Part shown: positions 1 through 9,900 of the stretch, piece after piece
How the letters are laid out: every line of letters begins with the position of its first letter
How positions within the stretch are numbered: position 1 is the first letter of the stretch
Virus record (IMG/VR): IMGVR_UViG_3300034631_000070
Coordinates: 1-53,186 of that record
Source: a virus
Taxonomy: Duplodnaviria; Caudoviricetes
DNA: 53,186 nucleotides
Strand: one strand, 5' to 3'
Position numbers and translations under genes: made by a program
The notes under the pieces: model-generated
Database searches by the model: none
Told to the model about the DNA's origin: nothing
Seen by the model: only the letters and a program-made list of their open reading frames with translations

Positions 1-681
1 TCAGATTCCTGCGACATATCCAGAATTCAAACCTGCGAAATTGAGGAGAAATTGCCCAGAGGCACCATCGGCGATTTGCTTAGGCGGATCGAACTTTGCC
101 CAAGCAATTAGCTTCCCGCTAGCGTAGCGCAGATAAATGTTGCCCGATCCGTTGTCGGTTAAATCGATTGCTGCACCCCCTGGCGTGGCAGCAATTTGGA
201 AAGTCGGTCCAGATGGGTTGGAGGCGTAATAGATTTGGTTTTCTATCACGCCTCCGGGGAGTGCAATATTTGAGGTGATTAGTATTAGCTCATTGGCGGC
301 CAGACCGTGAGCAACAGGGGTGGTGAAGGTGTTGCTGCCAGAATCGACGATGAGAGGCAGGTTTGCTTTGGCACTGGCGTTTTTCAGGATGGCGAGTCCA
401 TCCACTAAGAGTCCGCCTCCGATGGCAGATTGAGACTGAGAATCTAATCTTTCCTCGCGGCGATTGGTGCTACTCCAGGTGCCTGTGCCAGGGTTAAGAA
501 GTTTTCTAGAGTAACCAAATTGCTCGATAAATTCAGAATCTAGGACTTGTTGGAGTGTAGCGGTTTCCGGCGTCCACAACGCGGATTCGCACAATAAAAG
601 GCGGAAGGTTCCAGACCCCCAGAAAACTAACTCTTTTTCCTGGATTCCTGCTTGGAAATATCCTCCTGTATCTGGCATCAA
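1..681 (-). CDS. Probable tail/fibre-associated virion protein
   Basis: Follows fibre and chaperone; beta-rich, with segment HGLAANE..LPGG..YYA..FQIAATPGGAAIDLT of a kind common in phage tail proteins. Confidence 0.55.
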   Translation of the reverse strand: MMPDTGGYFQAGIQEKELVFWGSGTFRLLLCESALWTPETATLQQVLDSEFIEQFGYSRKLLNPGTGTWSSTNRREERLDSQSQSAIGGGLLVDGLAILKNASAKANLPLIVDSGSNTFTTPVAHGLAANELILITSNIALPGGVIENQIYYASNPSGPTFQIAATPGGAAIDLTDNGSGNIYLRYASGKLIAWAKFDPPKQIADGASGQFLLNFAGLNSGYVAGI

Positions 682-682
682 T

Positions 683-1198
683 CTACTCCTTTACCACAGT
701 GATTGAGGTATCTGGGTTAATTTTAATTGGAATATTATTTTCATCGGCGATCGCCTGCCACTTCTCTATTTCCGCACTTGTCAATTGGGCGATTGACGGA
801 ATGAATTTGTTCCAAAGAGCAACAGCTATAGCTAAAGACTCTCCATCCTCTGCCTTTCCCCACGCCTGAGAAACTGTGTTGTTCCGCGTTGGGGAAACAG
901 ATGCGAGTGAATCCATTACTCGCTCATAAGCAGAGTGGGTAACGATCATAAATCTAAAAGCTGCGTAATCAGCTATTGCGATTGGCTCCGGTGGCGGGAT
1001 AGTAGGTGCCAGTACCAAGTCTTTTAAATCTTCGCTACCCATCCATTTACCTTGATTACTTACGCAATCCTGCCATTGTTCCTCCGAAATCTCAATCGCC
1101 GTACTAGGAATTGAAAAATTGATTTCTGAGGAATAGAATCCTCTTATTTTTCTGGTATTTGGAGCAATATCTGCGTATTTCTTTATTTCGCTATCCAC
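683..1198 (-). CDS. Tail fibre assembly chaperone-like protein
   Basis: Directly after the fibre; N-terminal GFY..IP..AIEISEEQWQ motif typical of Tfa-like chaperones. Confidence 0.7.
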   Translation of the reverse strand: MDSEIKKYADIAPNTRKIRGFYSSEINFSIPSTAIEISEEQWQDCVSNQGKWMGSEDLKDLVLAPTIPPPEPIAIADYAAFRFMIVTHSAYERVMDSLASVSPTRNNTVSQAWGKAEDGESLAIAVALWNKFIPSIAQLTSAEIEKWQAIADENNIPIKINPDTSITVVKE

Positions 1199-2884
1199 TT
1201 AAATTCCTACAGCAATTAAATTAAAACGAACGTTACCTGCGCCTGGATTAGGGCGCACTGTCACTTTACAATCATTTAGAGTACTGCCTGGCCCGATTGC
1301 AAAGACGCTGCTCCCTAGTACCCCCGTATCTCCGTTGGAGACTACAGGGACAACGAATCCAGTAAAGCTCACCGGATAAAGCAAGGTTCCATTCCCGTTG
1401 GCGTCAAGGCTGACGACATAGCTTCCGATTTGAACAAGCCATCCATCAGGTAACTTGTGATATCCAGATCCATTAGCTATAGAAGAAATACCTCCTAAAT
1501 AGCTGTAGACATTAGCTCCGCTAGTTCTTGCCAGTAAGTTTCTTCCGAAACTTGTCGTTGTTAAAGCAGAAAGGTCTGTTAAAGTCTGACTCTTCAATTG
1601 CTTTTTGGTGTCCAATTCTGCAACCGCCGCCTGCACGGTGGTTGCTTCAAGATTTCCAGCAGGGGTAAAAGCAATTTTATTGGCTCCGGGGACTTGCGCG
1701 TCGGCTAGTTTTTGGTCGGCACCAAGTACCGCAATGCCACTTGCCGCGCCTTTTTCAGAGGAAGCGATCGCCCCAATGTCAGTCGGTGTTAGCGCGTCCG
1801 TCCCTCCTGTTTTATGGCTGGATTTATGGGCATCAGGTGGACGAGAATTGTTCAGTCTCATATCATTTCCCGCACACGCCTGTGATGCCCCTGTCCCCAG
1901 TGTCCGCCGACTCGCCACGTTCGCCGCTGCATCACTTGCTAGAGTTAGTTTGCTTTCTGCGATCGCGGCAGTTGAGGAGATATTCGCATTTACAATTCCC
2001 TCGGTTGGGATGTGCGTGCCGTTCCCGCTAGATGAGCTGTGAGTACTCAAGTCGGTGCCAAAAGCGTACTGCCCATGCGGATGGCTCGCATTGGTGTGGG
2101 CATTCATGTATGCCGCTGCCGTTCCTACGGTGTCGGCTCCAGTTTGAGCTGCCGTTACAGCGTGCGGATTAGCTGTACTCGTGTGGTGAGTTGCCGCCTC
2201 AGCAAGCGTGGTGTCGGGGGTATCAAACCAGTTGGGTTTCCCGGTAATTGACCTGATTCGCCCTGCTAACCAACTCAGCAGTTGCATTAAATTCCCGGTA
2301 TTTCCAGGCGTGGCAAGGGTTGGATCGATGGTGCGCTGTTGAGTCTCAGTATCTGAGAGGGTAGGTAGTTGGGCGCTGGGCACTTTCCCTTGAGAGTCTA
2401 ATGAGGCAACCCCGTTGGCAATTCCTTTTTCAGCAGAGGGAATTGCGCCGACTTGAGCGGCGGTAGTACCATGCGGGTTCGCACCTACGGCATTTCGATG
2501 GTTGGCGTTTGCCGTTACCGTACTGTTGGCGCTAACTCTCGTATCGGTGTAGTAGAGCCTGCTACCTTCTCCTAAGTGGCTGGTACTTTTGGCGGACAAC
2601 CACTGATCGAGGCGTTGGGTATTGTAGTACTGGGAATGATCGTCGTCCCCCAATCCCGCTAGCATTCCATGATCGGTCACGCTGAGTCGATGCCAGCGAC
2701 CCGAACCTTGATCTGGGGCGATGATCAAAATGCCATCCGCATTGCTGACAGAATCGGCAACGAATTGAAACCACGATCGCTCGCTAGGAACCAGCAAGCA
2801 ATATTTATCTACCCGCTCTGAAGCGGGGATAGCTTTAAGCTGCGTTAAATCTGCGGCGATGTTGGCATAGCCAGTTTCGGGCAT
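1199..2884 (-). CDS. Tail fibre protein
   Basis: Repeats NPHGTTAAQVGA/NPHAVTAAQTGA and EKGIANGVASL/EKGAASGIAVL, His-rich knots, C-terminal GYHKLPDGWLVQIG gp53-like tip domain. Confidence 0.85.
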   Translation of the reverse strand: MPETGYANIAADLTQLKAIPASERVDKYCLLVPSERSWFQFVADSVSNADGILIIAPDQGSGRWHRLSVTDHGMLAGLGDDDHSQYYNTQRLDQWLSAKSTSHLGEGSRLYYTDTRVSANSTVTANANHRNAVGANPHGTTAAQVGAIPSAEKGIANGVASLDSQGKVPSAQLPTLSDTETQQRTIDPTLATPGNTGNLMQLLSWLAGRIRSITGKPNWFDTPDTTLAEAATHHTSTANPHAVTAAQTGADTVGTAAAYMNAHTNASHPHGQYAFGTDLSTHSSSSGNGTHIPTEGIVNANISSTAAIAESKLTLASDAAANVASRRTLGTGASQACAGNDMRLNNSRPPDAHKSSHKTGGTDALTPTDIGAIASSEKGAASGIAVLGADQKLADAQVPGANKIAFTPAGNLEATTVQAAVAELDTKKQLKSQTLTDLSALTTTSFGRNLLARTSGANVYSYLGGISSIANGSGYHKLPDGWLVQIGSYVVSLDANGNGTLLYPVSFTGFVVPVVSNGDTGVLGSSVFAIGPGSTLNDCKVTVRPNPGAGNVRFNLIAVGI

Positions 2885-2888
2885 GGGT

Positions 2889-2928
2889 CAGGAGGGGGTG
2901 AGATCGCGCTTAGTGTCACCTCATCCTG
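2889..2928 (-). promoter_or_regulatory. Stem-loop ending 4 nt before the tail fibre start codon
   Basis: CAGGAGGGGGTGA (2889-2901) and TCACCTCATCCTG (2916-2928), 11/13 pairs. Confidence 0.45.
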
Positions 2929-3010
2929 CTTTAGTCGTTGGGTGAATAGTCAGGTCTATATTTTTCAGTTTTAGTGACGGCCTGGAATTTGCTTTTAAGG
3001 ACTTTTCTTC

Positions 3011-3673
3011 TTACCTTGTAAGGTTTTCAGGCTGTGAGGGTCGCTCGTAACCGCTTTGCTTTAAAGCACTTAACTCAAACCCTAGAATCAGGATTGCCGC
3101 GATCGCCCGTATTGCCCAACCCGCAATCAACCCAATGGAGCGCCAGCCATATCGCTGGACAATCAATACTCTGTATTCCCCAGAATGCAATGCCTCTTCA
3201 ATCGCCAAATTCAAGGCGGTTCGCGGCGCAATTGGAGCAATAACAAAATAGAACACACTGACAAGCACTTCAGCCACGACGATGACCGCCAGCAGATCAG
3301 CGTTGTCTAATTCGCACGCCGATCGCCCGTTGAAGAAGAATTGGCAAGCACGGTAGCGTCTGGAAAGTTCAGGGGCATCTGGGCGCTTGGGCGATCGCAT
3401 CTCCAAATTCTTGATTACCTCCGGACGATGAGCGCCAATGCCGTCATAAGCCTCCCTAAGAAATTCTTCTTTAGGGGGTGGGAACTTGCGGAGGTGTCGA
3501 AGTTGCTCGTACCACGCCCTGGCGTGGTCGTACTCGGAATCGGCAGTTTCATGAAGGATTGCTGCTAGCGATTCATCTCCGGCTTCAGACGCACGGATCG
3601 CCGCACGGCGGAAAAACAGAGAGCAGCCCACTTCGCAGCGAGCCAATTGGTAGATAAAGTTATCGCGGTTCAT
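3011..3673 (-). CDS. Ferritin-like (di-iron four-helix bundle) protein with C-terminal hydrophobic helices
   Basis: Two E...ExxH units: CE..SEYDH and AE..EEALH. Confidence 0.7.
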   Translation of the reverse strand: MNRDNFIYQLARCEVGCSLFFRRAAIRASEAGDESLAAILHETADSEYDHARAWYEQLRHLRKFPPPKEEFLREAYDGIGAHRPEVIKNLEMRSPKRPDAPELSRRYRACQFFFNGRSACELDNADLLAVIVVAEVLVSVFYFVIAPIAPRTALNLAIEEALHSGEYRVLIVQRYGWRSIGLIAGWAIRAIAAILILGFELSALKQSGYERPSQPENLTR

Positions 3674-3676
3674 TGA

Positions 3677-6421
3677 TTAAAAGCTCATGGCGGTTAGGGT
3701 TTTGGTTGCTTGATTCCAGGTCAAGCAAGCGGCGTCGAAGCGATCGCTATTGTTGGGGTTACGGATGAAAATTGAGAGTCCGTAACAGTCGGCGGGGACG
3801 GCGAACTGGAAGCTGCCACCTCCCGCAGGTAGCGTCGTTACCCAATGGCGACCCGTCCAAGGTGGGTTGGTATTGTTGGATGGCGGCGGTGGGCAATAAG
3901 GCTCAACGCTCCAGCGCTGCACTTCTACTCCTGAGCCGACTGTTGCACCCAATCCAGGATCGAGTTCTACCGTGATGGTGTAAGCCTGCAATGGCTCCCA
4001 TTGCTCGAAAATCAGCACCTTACCTGTTCCTAGAGCGCAGGTGCCACAGGTGATGGTGCCCGTCGTTTCCTGAATTTTGCCGATTAAGTCTAGGGGTTTT
4101 GGTAGAAGGAATTCTGGCGTGGGATACATTACGCCCCACTCGTTTGCGGTTACGTTACCCCAATCCCTTGCTGCGAGGTAGCGCCAATCCTTCAACAAGC
4201 GGAAGAAGGAACCACTCCCCAGTTGTGTGGATGCCTGAATGATTTCGGCGGTATTGTAGGGCAGGAATCGGAGATCGAAGCCAGAGCCGCTGCCCAGATT
4301 GACGACCGTAGGCAAGGTATAGGGCGGGATGAGGACTTCAGTGGACGGGGGCAGAACGACATTGCCAGAGCTGCCGTAGAAGGGACTGGCACTAACCCGC
4401 CCAATCCAAATGCCGTCGAAGCTAGCCGCGAATCTGGTGGGTGTCAGGGCGATGCTGAGTCCATCCATCAGGAAGGCTTGGGCGCTGCCATCGGGTTCCG
4501 TCCAATCACAGCGAGCCAAGGGGGAGGCATTAAAGATCGCGTCGTCCAAATCAATCGTGCAGCTTTGCCCCTTGTGTCGGCCCCAGAGGATCGCCCCTTC
4601 AATTTTGGCGATATTTTGCAGTTGAGCCGCGCTCGTGACGAGGGCAGAATCAACGCTATATTCCCGCTCTCTGTCTCGGAAACCACTGCCAGCTACCGGA
4701 GGAAATTGCACGACCTCTATAATCGGTTCTTCTGTAATTGCCACCTCGGGCGAAAAGCGCTCCGGGGCGGGAGGCGTAGTCTGCCCGGAATTCGATACTA
4801 CTGGCTGTTTGTGGATGGTAATTAAGGAGTCCCGCAGGCTCTGGATCTGCGCCACTCCTTTCTCTTTGAGCAGCTCAATCGTATCGGGCTGGGCAATTCC
4901 ATAGAGCTGGGAAGTAGACTCTGTAAATTCCCACTCCGAAGGATTTCTCCTGAGCAGTCGCCATTCCTGGCGCTGACGTTCGCTATTTTGCATGGCGAGG
5001 GGATTCATTACCACCAAGCCGCCGTTAGCATCTGGATCGGCAAGATCGGGAAAGTTGAATCCCCTTGGGCGTTGAATGAGCGTGTCAATGACCAGGGCCG
5101 GAACTGATTCACCCCCTTCTGTCTGCATAAACCCCTGGTTGCTGCCCGTGCCGATGACACTCCAACCCCCCGCACCGGAAACAGCCACCGAGAGGTTAGG
5201 TTTTTTCTCGACAGCTTTTTTAAAGTTGTATTCGTACTTCGTTACCCGTTTCTCCGCCAGAACCAATCGCTCTAGCCCGGAAACGATGACCTTTTGATCC
5301 GTACGAGCTTCTTGAACCGCAAGCCACTCACGCAAAACCACCCCTTTGGGGCGGTAGATTTCTGTCTCAACTTTGATCAGCTTCCCTTCATCAATTTCGT
5401 TGCACTCATCAGCGCCAGGGGGCGGCAGTTCGTAGAAGCTCTTTTCAACTATTTGCTCAGAGTTAATGAAGCTGTACTTTCCGGGAAACTTTTCAGGAAG
5501 GACTATTCCTAGTGGCTGCTTTTTGGTGGCGGTGACGGTTTTTATCCGACCCTTCCGATTAATTTCTTCTTGGCGCTGGTGGGTTTCCACCAAAATGAGT
5601 TTGCCGCCATCGGAGGCTTGAGGATCGACTAGTGCGGCGGGGCCGTAGCGCTTGCTGTCGTTAAATTCATTGTCTTTGGATGCTTTAATTTTTTTGCGGA
5701 TGCCATGTACCACAATGCGCTCACAGGGGCTTTCGGCACCACTGAGGCGGTCGTAGGTAATGGCGTGGCTGATGACATTTTTCTGTAGTAGCGCCGGAGG
5801 AAAGAGACTCGCCTTTTTGACGTTAATCAACCCATCTTTGGACTGGTATCCGACGTGACCATTCGCCCAGCACAGTTTTCCAAACATGCTCACATAGCTC
5901 TCATTGGTGAGCTTAGGCAGGGGCATGTTGAGCGATTCTCCCGCCAAGCCGCCACTGTAGGGCAAGGGCATCCCCGCCTTGTTCAGAAGCTTGGAGGCGA
6001 TTAAATCTAATTGTGTGGCTTGCCCTAACTTGATGCAGGCTCCTTCCCCAGCAGGCGTGCGAAAGTTGAGCAGCGAGAGGGCGCATCCTGCTTCAATCCG
6101 AAGTTCTGAAATTCCGTCATACTCGGAGCTGAGAATATAGAGCCAACCTAATACAGGAGCGCGCGTTAGAGTGCTGGAGTTGTTTATGAATACGTCAATC
6201 CTGTTGCCCCGCGCCCAGCGATTGTTAATGCGGTCATTGAGGCTCTCGCCAAAGCCCAAGGCAGGCCCAAGGGTAAAGTTGGCGTTGAGGAGAATCAGCC
6301 CGGATTGGTCGTAATGCGAGTATCCCCCCGCCGCAGTTTTGAGAGCGATAGTGCAATCAGCGCCCCCAATACTGAGGGAATAGGAACGGGCGGATACATT
6401 GATTACGGCGGCGGCTGTCAT
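3677..6421 (-). CDS. Large tail tip/hub protein
   Basis: 914 aa, two genes downstream of tape measure, beta-rich; position only. Confidence 0.6.
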   Translation of the reverse strand: MTAAAVINVSARSYSLSIGGADCTIALKTAAGGYSHYDQSGLILLNANFTLGPALGFGESLNDRINNRWARGNRIDVFINNSSTLTRAPVLGWLYILSSEYDGISELRIEAGCALSLLNFRTPAGEGACIKLGQATQLDLIASKLLNKAGMPLPYSGGLAGESLNMPLPKLTNESYVSMFGKLCWANGHVGYQSKDGLINVKKASLFPPALLQKNVISHAITYDRLSGAESPCERIVVHGIRKKIKASKDNEFNDSKRYGPAALVDPQASDGGKLILVETHQRQEEINRKGRIKTVTATKKQPLGIVLPEKFPGKYSFINSEQIVEKSFYELPPPGADECNEIDEGKLIKVETEIYRPKGVVLREWLAVQEARTDQKVIVSGLERLVLAEKRVTKYEYNFKKAVEKKPNLSVAVSGAGGWSVIGTGSNQGFMQTEGGESVPALVIDTLIQRPRGFNFPDLADPDANGGLVVMNPLAMQNSERQRQEWRLLRRNPSEWEFTESTSQLYGIAQPDTIELLKEKGVAQIQSLRDSLITIHKQPVVSNSGQTTPPAPERFSPEVAITEEPIIEVVQFPPVAGSGFRDREREYSVDSALVTSAAQLQNIAKIEGAILWGRHKGQSCTIDLDDAIFNASPLARCDWTEPDGSAQAFLMDGLSIALTPTRFAASFDGIWIGRVSASPFYGSSGNVVLPPSTEVLIPPYTLPTVVNLGSGSGFDLRFLPYNTAEIIQASTQLGSGSFFRLLKDWRYLAARDWGNVTANEWGVMYPTPEFLLPKPLDLIGKIQETTGTITCGTCALGTGKVLIFEQWEPLQAYTITVELDPGLGATVGSGVEVQRWSVEPYCPPPPSNNTNPPWTGRHWVTTLPAGGGSFQFAVPADCYGLSIFIRNPNNSDRFDAACLTWNQATKTLTAMSF

Positions 6422-6452
6422 TTGTTCAGCTTCGGATTATCCGAAGATAGGT

Positions 6453-6932
6453 TTAAGCGGAAACTAAAACTGACTCCTGCAAAGTGAGGGTACAACTCCG
6501 GTAATATCCCAATGCTGAAAAAACCGGAGGCTCTACCATCCAGGCCTTAAATTGTGGGAAGTAGCCTACATGAGAGGAGCCAATCAGAGATTCAGTTGCA
6601 CCAGGGGCGATCGCCCTTGTTCTGGGCAGTCTTTCAATGTATTGCTGATAGGTATCAACCAGTAAAATATCGGCGGACGCATAGGGTGGCATCCTGCGCT
6701 GACGGTCAAATTCGGCGTATATAGCCTCTAATACCAGTGCTTCTTCAGGCAGTAAAACGGCAGTGATTGTCCAGATGAATTTAGGCTCAAACGATGATCC
6801 ATCGCCGATGGGTGTGCCATGAATGCTGTACTCTAATCCTCCATAGGGTTGGATTCTCGCCCTTGGGAACTTAGGGTCAGAACAGCGATTGATAGTCAGA
6901 GATAATCCGTTAATGCTCAACTTTAGACTCAT
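6453..6932 (-). CDS. Probable distal tail protein
   Basis: 4-nt overlap with tape measure end; size and position. Confidence 0.55.
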   Translation of the reverse strand: MSLKLSINGLSLTINRCSDPKFPRARIQPYGGLEYSIHGTPIGDGSSFEPKFIWTITAVLLPEEALVLEAIYAEFDRQRRMPPYASADILLVDTYQQYIERLPRTRAIAPGATESLIGSSHVGYFPQFKAWMVEPPVFSALGYYRSCTLTLQESVLVSA

Positions 6933-9900
6933 AAACCTGCCCCCCGTGCTGCGTTGCGGGATAAATTGGAATAAATACGACCTGCATCTTTAACCGGGTT
7001 AACTGCATTGACCTGAAGCGTTGAGGGTCTCGCCGCTAGAGACTGAATGCCCTCGTTGAGCTTCTTTAACTCTTCAATGGCGTCCTTGCCACTGATGGCC
7101 GAACGCATCTCAACGGATGCGGCTTTGATTGGGTTCATGTCTCGGAATTGATTAGCCAATTCATTTATGTTTCCCATACCGTTTTGCTGTAGCATCAACG
7201 AGAAGAATGGGTTTTCACGCATCGACGTGGCTGAATGCAGTAAGTTGAGTTGTTGGTCTCCCGGCTTCTGCAAGGTCTGCTCAAATTGGCTGCGAGCGCG
7301 TCGCTCTTGCTCCCATTGGGCACTGCCAACAACCAGGCTGTAGCTGCTTGTTGGTTTGCTTGTCGAACTTCCGCCAGCTCCTCCTGCCGTACTGGATGTA
7401 ACTTCTTTTGTTTTTTTCTCCTTGGCGCGGATGTCCGCCTCTAGACGCTCTTTCTCTCGCTGCTGATTGGCTTGTAGAGCTTGCCGCTCCATATCCCTCA
7501 ACTTGCCTTGCTGTTCGTAGGCTTGCTGCATTTGGGAACTAATCTGCTGCCTGAGAGACAGTGCCTTTTCAAGTGAATCTAGCTCTGCTTGAGAGGCTTT
7601 GGCAGCCTTAGCTTTTTCCAATGCTGCTTGTGCCTCCAGTTCGGCAATCTGAGCCATCAATACCGCTCGATTTGCCTCAATAGCATTTTGTGATTGGGAC
7701 AGCTCGAAAATTTGTCGTTGAATGGCTTGAGACTCGTTGAGATTGTTGAGCTTGATTGCGGACAACTGTTGCTCAATTTGGAACTTTTCAGCGTCAGAAG
7801 ACGCCTCCGCTAACTTGATTTCTAGACGCTGTTCCTCTAGGGAGCCAAGAGCGCCTGCTAGATTCAACTGGGCATTAAGAAGGTCAAGCTGACTTTTTCG
7901 GGCATTAGCAATAATGTCGTTTGCCTGTTGGTCAAGCTCAATCTGATTTCGACGCGCCTCGGTTTCTTGTTCAATATTCCGAAGCCGTTCTTCTTGAGAG
8001 CGTTTCTGTTCTTCCTCAAGTAGTTTTTGGGCTTGGAGCTGTCGATCGATCTGTTGCAGGTTTAACTGCCCCAGTTGCTCTTCTAGTTGAAGCTGCTGTT
8101 CAGTGGCTTCCTTTTGAGTCAGAAGCCCCGACATTTTGAGCTGATTGACTTGAGCAAGCTTTTGCTGAGTGGCAGCAATTTCTTTTTGGGTGGCATTGGC
8201 TTGAATCTGCTCAATATGTTTTTGCCCCTCTTCCTCTGAAATCTGCCGCGCTAGCTGGAGCCGTTTGACTGCAATGATCTGCTGGTCTGTAGACTGACGA
8301 ATGGCAGATTCAGCACGCTTATTGACTTCCTCAATCTGCTCAAGTTGTTGGCGCTTGGCTTCTTCCGCTCTACGGCGTGCCTCTTCAGCAAGTTGCTCCT
8401 GCTTGCGAGCATACTCCTCTGCCTTGCGCTTCTCTTCTTCGGCAAGTTGTTCGGCTTTCCGTTTAACTTCCTCGCGCTGCTTTAGCTCGCGGTCGAGGAA
8501 CTGCAAGTTGGCGTCTGAGAGTTTTTGGTTAAGTTCGAGTTCTTTGGCTTTGGCTTCCTCAACCGACAATGAGCCACTGGCGCGAAGCTTCGCAACTTCT
8601 GAGATTTGCTTTTTGATTTGAGCTAGTTCGGCATTAAGGCTATCTGTTTTGATCTGCTCAATTTTTTGGGTTGCCTGTTCTTCACCAATTTGACCTGCTA
8701 GTTGCTGGCGTTTGATAGCTGCAATTCGGTCTGTCTCGGTACGCTGGATAACTGCCTCAGCTTCAGAATTTGCCCGTCGCAAAGCTTCCAGCATCTCTTC
8801 CTCAGCCGCCTTCTTCTCCCGGACAACTTGCTGGGCTAGCTCAATGCGAGTCTGAGCAGTCTCCTGTTCCAGTTGCTTTACTTCTTCCGCTAGTTTCTTT
8901 TGCTGGTCTGTAGATAAGCCAGCAGTGGAATCGATTTTTTTGGTGACAACATCACGATTGAGTTCGGCGCGGATCTTTTCAAGATTTTCTTGATTGAGCC
9001 TGAGCTTTTCGGATAGATAGTTTTTCTCTGCCTCCAATGACTGCTGATTGGCTTGTTCTTCAGATAGCCGCCCCTCTGCCTGGGCTTGAATGATCGCCGC
9101 CCGCGCACTAACAAAGTTTTGCTCCAGGTCAGAAGTCGCTTTGGCAAAATCATTGCTGATTACCTGTGCAGTATTGGTGGCGGTATTTGCCAGTTCATCA
9201 AAAGCAGTCTTTTCCTTGGTAAGGACATTGAGTTGAATTTGCAGTTGACCGCTCAATTCCTGCGCTGCTTTCACCCCTACGTTGGCGGGGTCAATCGCTT
9301 TCAGGCGCTGTTCAGTTTGTGTGATTGCATTGTTTAGCGCTGCCTGTGTTGCCTGTACTTGTTTCTGAGCTTCCACTCGCTGCTGGAGAAGCTGCTTTTC
9401 ATCCTCTGCGAGTTTTTTAATTGCTCCTTCATTTTCTGGATTTATGGACAGTTTTTGAGCTTCCAAGCTTTTGAGCTGAGAATCGATTGCCTTCAATTCA
9501 GCCAGTGGCCCCTGCCCAAATTTAAATTGCTCGCGTAACTGGCGAGCTGCATCGGCTGTTTTCCCGCTGACTTCTCCCAAGTCGGCGATCGCAATCCGAA
9601 TATCATCCAGTCGTTTTTGGGCATTGGTGGGGATATCTAGAAGTTTATTGAGTCCGAATTTTTCATCTAAATTTTTTGACAAAAATGGCAAATCATTCCA
9701 CTTGCGAACCAGGGCATCTAACCAATCGGTGGGAGCTGGCTCTTGTGGAAGAACATCTTTAATCGTTTGTCCTGTTTTGCTTGCTGTGCTTGTGAGACTT
9801 TCTAATGAAAGTTCAATGGACTTGATAGAGGTATCAAAACCTTCAGCGCCATTTTTTACGCGATCCATAATGCGGTAGAAGGTTTCAATGGCGGCATATG

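Noticed and set aside
1-6421. Diversity-generating retroelement or invertase acting on the tail fibre
   Set aside because: No reverse transcriptase, template/variable repeat pair or recombinase visible in the window
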